Origin: Minisyncoccia bacterium
GTDB taxonomy: Bacteria > Patescibacteriota > Minisyncoccia > 2-02-FULL-40-12 > IGHO2-01-FULL-4-A
Direction of reading: 5' to 3'
Assembly: GCA_050015375.1 (NCBI GenBank)
Contig: JBEKBN010000008.1
Coordinates: forward strand, 1 to 40,787
DNA: 40,787 nt
The notes under the pieces are model-generated. The model worked only from the letters and a program-made list of their open reading frames with translations. It did no database searches and was not told where the DNA came from. Both the position numbers and the translations under genes were made by a program. How positions within the stretch are numbered: position 1 is the stretch's first letter; each line of letters begins with the position of its first letter. This document shows positions 36,316 to 40,787 of the stretch, one piece after another.

Positions 36316-37893
36316 ATGCCTTCTGTCCGGGTATTTTCGGGAGCCATAATAGGTCTCGATGCCTTTCCCATCGAAGTTGAGGTTGATTCAACCCCCGGGC
36401 TTCACTTCTTCAATATTGTCGGCTTGCCTGATAAAGCCGTCGAGGAATCAAAAGACAGAATCGCCTCCGCTATCAGAAATAGCGGATTTATCGCACCCAA
36501 TCAGAAAAACCGCCGGATCATCATCAACTTGGCGCCGGCCGACATCAAAAAAGAAGGTCCGGCTTACGATCTGCCCATCGCCATCGGTTATCTTTTGAAC
36601 ACCGGCCAGCTTGAATTCAACGCTAAAGACAAAGTGTTCTTTGGCGAATTATCGCTGGACGGCTCGGTTCGCAGAGTCAATGGCATATTGCCGGCCGCAT
36701 TTATGGCGCGAAAAGAAGGGTTCAAAGAACTCTACGTTCCGTTTCAAAATGTCGGCGAGGCCTCGATCGTCAAGGGCGTCAGGATCATCGGGGTCAAAAC
36801 GTTGAAAGAATTGTCCGAGCATTTGCTTGGCAAAACCGAGATAGCGCCGGCAAAACCATTCGAGTTCGACAAAGCGGTCCAAACCGCCAATTCCCTTGAT
36901 CTGAATCCGTCATTGATAGACATGGCCCACATCAAGGGTCAAGAAATTGCCAAGCGGGCCCTACTCATCGCGGCGTCAGGCGGCCATAATATCCTGATGT
37001 ACGGGCCGCCGGGTTCGGGCAAATCGCTTCTGGCCCAGGCCTTGTCGGGAATTTTGCCGCCGATGAACTACGAAGAAGCGCTGGAAGTCACGAAAATATA
37101 CAGCATTTGCGGATTGATTAATGGCCAGGACCAATCATTGATCCTGAACCGACCCTTCCGAAGCCCGCACCATACCACTTCGGCCGTGGCCATAATCGGC
37201 GGCGGCAGCTGGCCGAAACCCGGCGAGATCTCTCTCGCCCACCGCGGGGTTTTATTTTTGGACGAAATGCCGGAATTTCCGAGATCCGTCGTCGAGGCCC
37301 TGCGCCAGCCGATGGAAAACGGCCACGTCGTCGTTTCCCGCGCCATCAACACGGTCAAATTTCCTTCTCGTTTCATGCTGGTCGGGGCCATGAATCCTTG
37401 CCCCTGCGGTAACTTCGGCGACGAAATAAAACCCTGCCTTTGCAGTACCCAAACCGTCTCGAAGTACCAGCGGAAATTGTCGGGGCCGGTCCTCGACAGA
37501 ATTGATATTCAAATAAACGTTCCGCGCGAAACGTATGACAAAATAAGCAGCGACGAACTTGGCGAATCAAGTGCCCATATGAGAGAAACCGTGGCCGCTT
37601 GCCGGGCCTTGCAAGAAAAACGTTTTGCCGGCACGGATGTCCACAGCAATAGCGAAATGGGCCCAAAGGACATCAAGAAACAATGCCAAATGACAGCCGG
37701 AGCTGAAGTTATTGTTCGGCGGCTGGTCATGGACAATAACTTGTCCGCTCGAAGCTACCACAAAATATTGAAAATCGGCCGGACCATCGCCGACTTGGCC
37801 AATAGCAAAACCATTCAAGAAAACCACATAGCTGAGGCGTCTTCCTTCCGGATCAAGGGTGAGAAGGACTCTCTTTTGGGAATTGTTTCGTGA
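36316..37893 (+). CDS. comM: ComM/YifB Mg-chelatase-like AAA+ ATPase
   Basis: IVGLPDKAVEES, NLAPAD, GPPGSGKS, PFRSPHH, PGEISLAHRGVLFLDE, AMNPCPCG. Confidence 0.95.
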   Translation: MPSVRVFSGAIIGLDAFPIEVEVDSTPGLHFFNIVGLPDKAVEESKDRIASAIRNSGFIAPNQKNRRIIINLAPADIKKEGPAYDLPIAIGYLLNTGQLEFNAKDKVFFGELSLDGSVRRVNGILPAAFMARKEGFKELYVPFQNVGEASIVKGVRIIGVKTLKELSEHLLGKTEIAPAKPFEFDKAVQTANSLDLNPSLIDMAHIKGQEIAKRALLIAASGGHNILMYGPPGSGKSLLAQALSGILPPMNYEEALEVTKIYSICGLINGQDQSLILNRPFRSPHHTTSAVAIIGGGSWPKPGEISLAHRGVLFLDEMPEFPRSVVEALRQPMENGHVVVSRAINTVKFPSRFMLVGAMNPCPCGNFGDEIKPCLCSTQTVSKYQRKLSGPVLDRIDIQINVPRETYDKISSDELGESSAHMRETVAACRALQEKRFAGTDVHSNSEMGPKDIKKQCQMTAGAEVIVRRLVMDNNLSARSYHKILKIGRTIADLANSKTIQENHIAEASSFRIKGEKDSLLGIVS

Positions 37894-37894
37894 G

Positions 37895-38036
37895 CCCCCA
37901 CACCCAATAAGTATCTGCAGGTCAAATTGTTCTGCTTAACAACCCATATTATTTTTTACATGGCACCGCATTTGCCAATGAGACCGTTATATTTAGATTT
38001 GCAGGGTGCAGAACTTATGCTTGTTGGGTGTGGGGG
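37895..38036. mobile_element. MITE-like element, 142 bp
   Basis: Terminal inverted repeats CCCCCACACCCAA/TTGGGTGTGGGGG flanked by the 4-bp direct repeat TGAG. Confidence 0.75.
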
Positions 38037-38124
38037 TGAGGAACAATTACTTCGAGTAATATTGTGCGAAGTAAGCGAAAACCCAATAAAATCAGTTGTG
38101 CCGCCCCCGCGCCGCCTCGAGAAT

Positions 38125-39159
38125 TTAGTACTTAGCCAGAGGATTTTTGGCTCCATGCACCTCGAAGTGCAGGTGGCAGCCGGTGGAGTTGCCGGTAGTG
38201 CCCATCAAACCGATCTCTTCGTCTTTTTGGACGGATTCACCTGCCGAAACCAGCAGTTTCGACAAGTGGCCGTAAAGCGTCTCGGTACCGTTAGAGTGGG
38301 TGATTTTAATATATTTGCCATAACCGCCGTTCATCTTTTTACCGGTTCGACCCGTGGGATCGGTCGTCCGGGCAAGGTTGACAACGCCATTGGCAGCGGC
38401 GTATATCGGCGTTCCACAAACATTATCGAGATCAACTCCGTTCCAATCGTGAACCACGCCGCGGTCATAACCGGTGGCCGGCAGAGCGAAATAATTCCCA
38501 AGATCGGGCAAATAACTGAACCGTTTAGCCGTTGGCTGTTGAACAACGGCGCTGGGCAAACCCTTGATAATACCGTCGGGAATGATGATTTCCTCGCCGA
38601 TCTGTAAACTGCCATCGGCGGGTAAACTATTGAAATCAATGATCTTATCGGCATCAGCATTGTATTTTACAGCCAATGACTGGGCCGTATCCCCTTTTTG
38701 AACTATATGAATTACGCCATCGATCGGCGGGATCTTCAGGACCATGCCCGGTTTGATATCATCGGCGCTTTTCAAATTATTAGCCCAAACAATAGTACTG
38801 ACCTTGACGCCATAGTCAGAGGCGATAAGCGAAATATTATCGCCGTCTTGAACCTCATAAGTGGTAACATCAGTTCCCTGATCGGAAAAATCGTCAATGA
38901 TGTCGGTCAATACTGTTCCACGAGAAACAACCGAATTGTTTTGGATCATGCTTAAGATCGAAGGCTTGGCGGTTCGGGGCATGTCGTTTGAATAAGCAAA
39001 AACGCTGTTGATATCAGCGGTTTGGTTTTGGGAAGGCGTGATTGTGATGGTCGAGGCCGAGGTTTCTTCAATATAAGTGGCGGAGATAGAATCAAAGATT
39101 CCTGTCTGGCCGTCGGAAGTCGAACCTTTGAAAATAATAAACAAAATCGCCAATGCCAT
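38125..39159 (-). CDS. LysM (x2) plus M23 peptidoglycan endopeptidase
   Basis: YEVQDGD and HIVQKGD LysM repeats; NGVD, YGHLS, GNSTGCHLHFEV. Confidence 0.93.
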   Translation of the reverse strand: MALAILFIIFKGSTSDGQTGIFDSISATYIEETSASTITITPSQNQTADINSVFAYSNDMPRTAKPSILSMIQNNSVVSRGTVLTDIIDDFSDQGTDVTTYEVQDGDNISLIASDYGVKVSTIVWANNLKSADDIKPGMVLKIPPIDGVIHIVQKGDTAQSLAVKYNADADKIIDFNSLPADGSLQIGEEIIIPDGIIKGLPSAVVQQPTAKRFSYLPDLGNYFALPATGYDRGVVHDWNGVDLDNVCGTPIYAAANGVVNLARTTDPTGRTGKKMNGGYGKYIKITHSNGTETLYGHLSKLLVSAGESVQKDEEIGLMGTTGNSTGCHLHFEVHGAKNPLAKY

Positions 39160-39368
39160 TGACCCGAAAAAGACGACTTTGTCGTTGGAAAAGAAATTCT
39201 TTATCTTGGTGGGTCGTGAAGTTGTGGGACGAGTATTAATAGGCCGATTGGCTAGAAACCTATTGGATCAAGTAATAATTTCGCCTATAAACGCAAAAAC
39301 TCTCTTGCGAGAATCCAGTTATTAGTTTATGAATTTATGATGAGTGAGTCAATAGAGGGAGTGGATAA

Positions 39369-39437
39369 CCCCCTCACCCAGAAAGCACCAGCGACCTAGT
39401 CGCCGGAATCCAAAATAGTGCTTTCTGGGTGAGGGGG
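39369..39437. mobile_element. MITE-like element, 69 bp
   Basis: 20-bp perfect inverted repeat CCCCCTCACCCAGAAAGCAC flanked by the 4-bp direct repeat ATAA. Confidence 0.75.
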
Positions 39438-39478
39438 ATAACTAAAATACAAAACAGCTTGACAGATATGTCAAAACT

Positions 39479-39895
39479 ATGAGCGATAAAACAAAAGAAC
39501 TGGGAAATTTAGCTGAAAATTTGGCCGGCAGGTATCTGGAAAGCCAGGGTTATGAAATCATTGAGAGAAATTATCGTAAACCTTGGGGTGAAATTGATAT
39601 AATTGTTTTCAAGGATGACGTCTGCGTCTTCGTCGAGGTCAAGGCCAACAGCCGAGAATTCGCCGGGAATTTTAATCCGGAACTTCGGGTGGATGAGAAA
39701 AAACTGGCTAAGATAATCAAAACTGCCGAGCTTTATATGGCTAGTGAAGCCGTTCGAACGAGCCATGACTGGCCCCCACACTCAAAAGTTGAGTGTGGGG
39801 GCTGGCAAGTGGATGTGGTTTCGGTGACTTTCATCAAGAGCGAACACAAAGCCAAAATCAAACATTTCAAAAATGTGGCCGAGGCATTGTTCTGA
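39479..39895 (+). CDS. yraN: YraN (UPF0102) family endonuclease-like protein
   Basis: LGNLAE..YL..GYEIIERNYR..GEIDII..VFVEVK. Confidence 0.93.
   Translation: MSDKTKELGNLAENLAGRYLESQGYEIIERNYRKPWGEIDIIVFKDDVCVFVEVKANSREFAGNFNPELRVDEKKLAKIIKTAELYMASEAVRTSHDWPPHSKVECGGWQVDVVSVTFIKSEHKAKIKHFKNVAEALF
39773..39801. mobile_element. Minimal 29-bp MITE-like element inserted in frame in yraN
   Basis: CCCCCACACTCAA-AAG-TTGAGTGTGGGGG flanked by the direct repeat CTGG; 29+4=33 nt keeps the frame. Confidence 0.75.
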
Positions 39896-40175
39896 TCGCG
39901 CGAGCCCTTTTCTCGTCCGGATCAGGCTCACCGGACTGCTTTCCAATTGGCCGTCGAGCATATCTTCCCATCACCACTTGTCCGCCCAGCGAGCGGACTG
40001 TGTTCTCTCGAAGTTTGTGGATTCTGCCTCGAGGGAATGCGGTCAAAGGAATATTATACCGCGTTCCCTCGAGGCAGACCGTGCAATCCACAACTTCGAG
40101 AGTGCTGGGAAGACATTCCCGACAGCCGAAAACTGGAAAGCAATCCGGTTCGCGGAACGAAATAGAGCTCGTGAT
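39895..40175. repeat. ~280-nt nested fold-back (rod-like hairpin)
   Basis: Core arms at 40023-40043/40058-40078, extended outward by several complementary blocks. Confidence 0.85.
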
Positions 40176-40239
40176 TTAGTTCGGCGTTCATATCACAGAC
40201 TTCTTAGGGTAGGAATTGGTTTCATCAAAATCATTGGAA

Positions 40240-40267
40240 TAAAAAAGCCCGGCGGATGTCGCTGGGC
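40240..40267 (-). terminator. Intrinsic terminator of the minus-strand ncRNA candidate
   Basis: GCCCAGCG-ACATC-CGCCGGGC-TTTTTT on the minus strand. Confidence 0.65.
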
Positions 40268-40272
40268 AAAAG

Positions 40273-40526
40273 GGTGGGCATGGAAATCATCCATCTGAGC
40301 CAAATCCTTTCCAGTAAAATCAGATTGGTGTTTTGGGGATCAAGTTTTCAAGGGCGGTGTCTCACTGACGGCTCAATTCTGTCCGAAAACAGAATTTCAT
40401 AGCCTCCCGCCTACCCTGCGGCCTTCCGCTTACTCTGCGCAATGAAAACCCCTCAGCAGGACCGATGTCGGGGATCGAACCCGGTGCTGTAGTTTTCAGC
40501 AGTCCATTCTCATCGTCTCCATGCCC
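40273..40526 (-). ncRNA. Candidate ~250-nt structured ncRNA with a T-loop-like arm
   Basis: Promoter TTGACT-N16-TATGCT (40566-40539); closing helix GGGCATGGAGA/TTTCCATGCCC; CGGG-TTCGATC-CCCG arm; terminator downstream; no credible ORF. Confidence 0.65.
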
Positions 40527-40566
40527 GAAATACAGATTAGCATACTTTGAACTGATTTCAAGTCAA

Positions 40567-40787
40567 GCGAGCCCATTCAATCCCTGTGAGTCCCGGTTTC
40601 CGGCAAGGGCACTGCCAGTCTTGTCGAGCAAGGTTTTTCGAGTTGTAATCAACGAGAAAATCGACGGGAACTGGCAATGAGCGCAGCTTTCCTTGGGTCG
40701 AAGGCCGGAGGCCGAGACAGGAAACCGCTGGGTTTCCTAGAAGCGGAGCGTCCCAAACCGGAGACTGGGACGAACCTGGTTCGGGAT
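40567..40787. repeat. Second long branched fold-back, truncated by the window edge
   Basis: GTCCCGGTTTCCGG/CCGGAGACTGGGAC, TGCCAGT/ACTGGCA, AGGAAACC/GGTTTCCT, ATCCC/GGGAT. Confidence 0.7.

Noticed and set aside
37927-38607. 226-aa plus-strand ORF and other long antisense ORFs (3321-4019, 6481-7122, 18699-19325)
   Set aside because: Shadows of well-supported genes on the opposite strand, with no recognisable motifs.
40455-40526. tRNA or tmRNA gene suggested by GGGTTCGATCCCC
   Set aside because: No canonical cloverleaf or D arm, the T arm is far from the 3' end, and there is no G3-U70 pair. Kept only as an unknown ncRNA.
39793-40680. Short ORFs in the terminal region
   Set aside because: They overlap fold-back or ncRNA structures and have no RBS or protein-like features.

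Overview
This window looks like chromosomal DNA from a small-genome Patescibacteria/CPR (Parcubacteria-like) bacterium; that is an inference from gene repertoire and style, not a database result. Left: a type IV pilus locus (pilins, PilC, a REC-fused PilB-type ATPase, a stand-alone receiver). Centre: a candidate small-molecule signalling module (Leu/Phe dehydrogenase, PaaK-like adenylate-forming ligase, ThiF, nitroreductase, 7TM histidine kinase). A ~120-nt leader upstream of it is repeated upstream of a PlsC-like acyltransferase/ABC exporter pair. An AT-rich NTase-hydrolase plus aaRS-like gene pair and an M16 peptidase separate the kinase from the receiver and pilus genes. Right: secreted-protein genes, a Xer-type recombinase, a probable remote DGR target, rpsO, an NYN protein, a tandem array of variable surface proteins, pnp, a Pro-rich membrane protein, TraR/DksA, ComM, LysM-M23 and YraN. 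Non-coding features include a MITE-like family with 4-bp target-site duplications, in-frame palindromic insertions, and at least two unassigned structured RNAs. The best candidate novel system is a ThiF/nitroreductase signal synthase and receptor that may control the pilus motor. All calls come from reading the sequence by eye; no searches were run.
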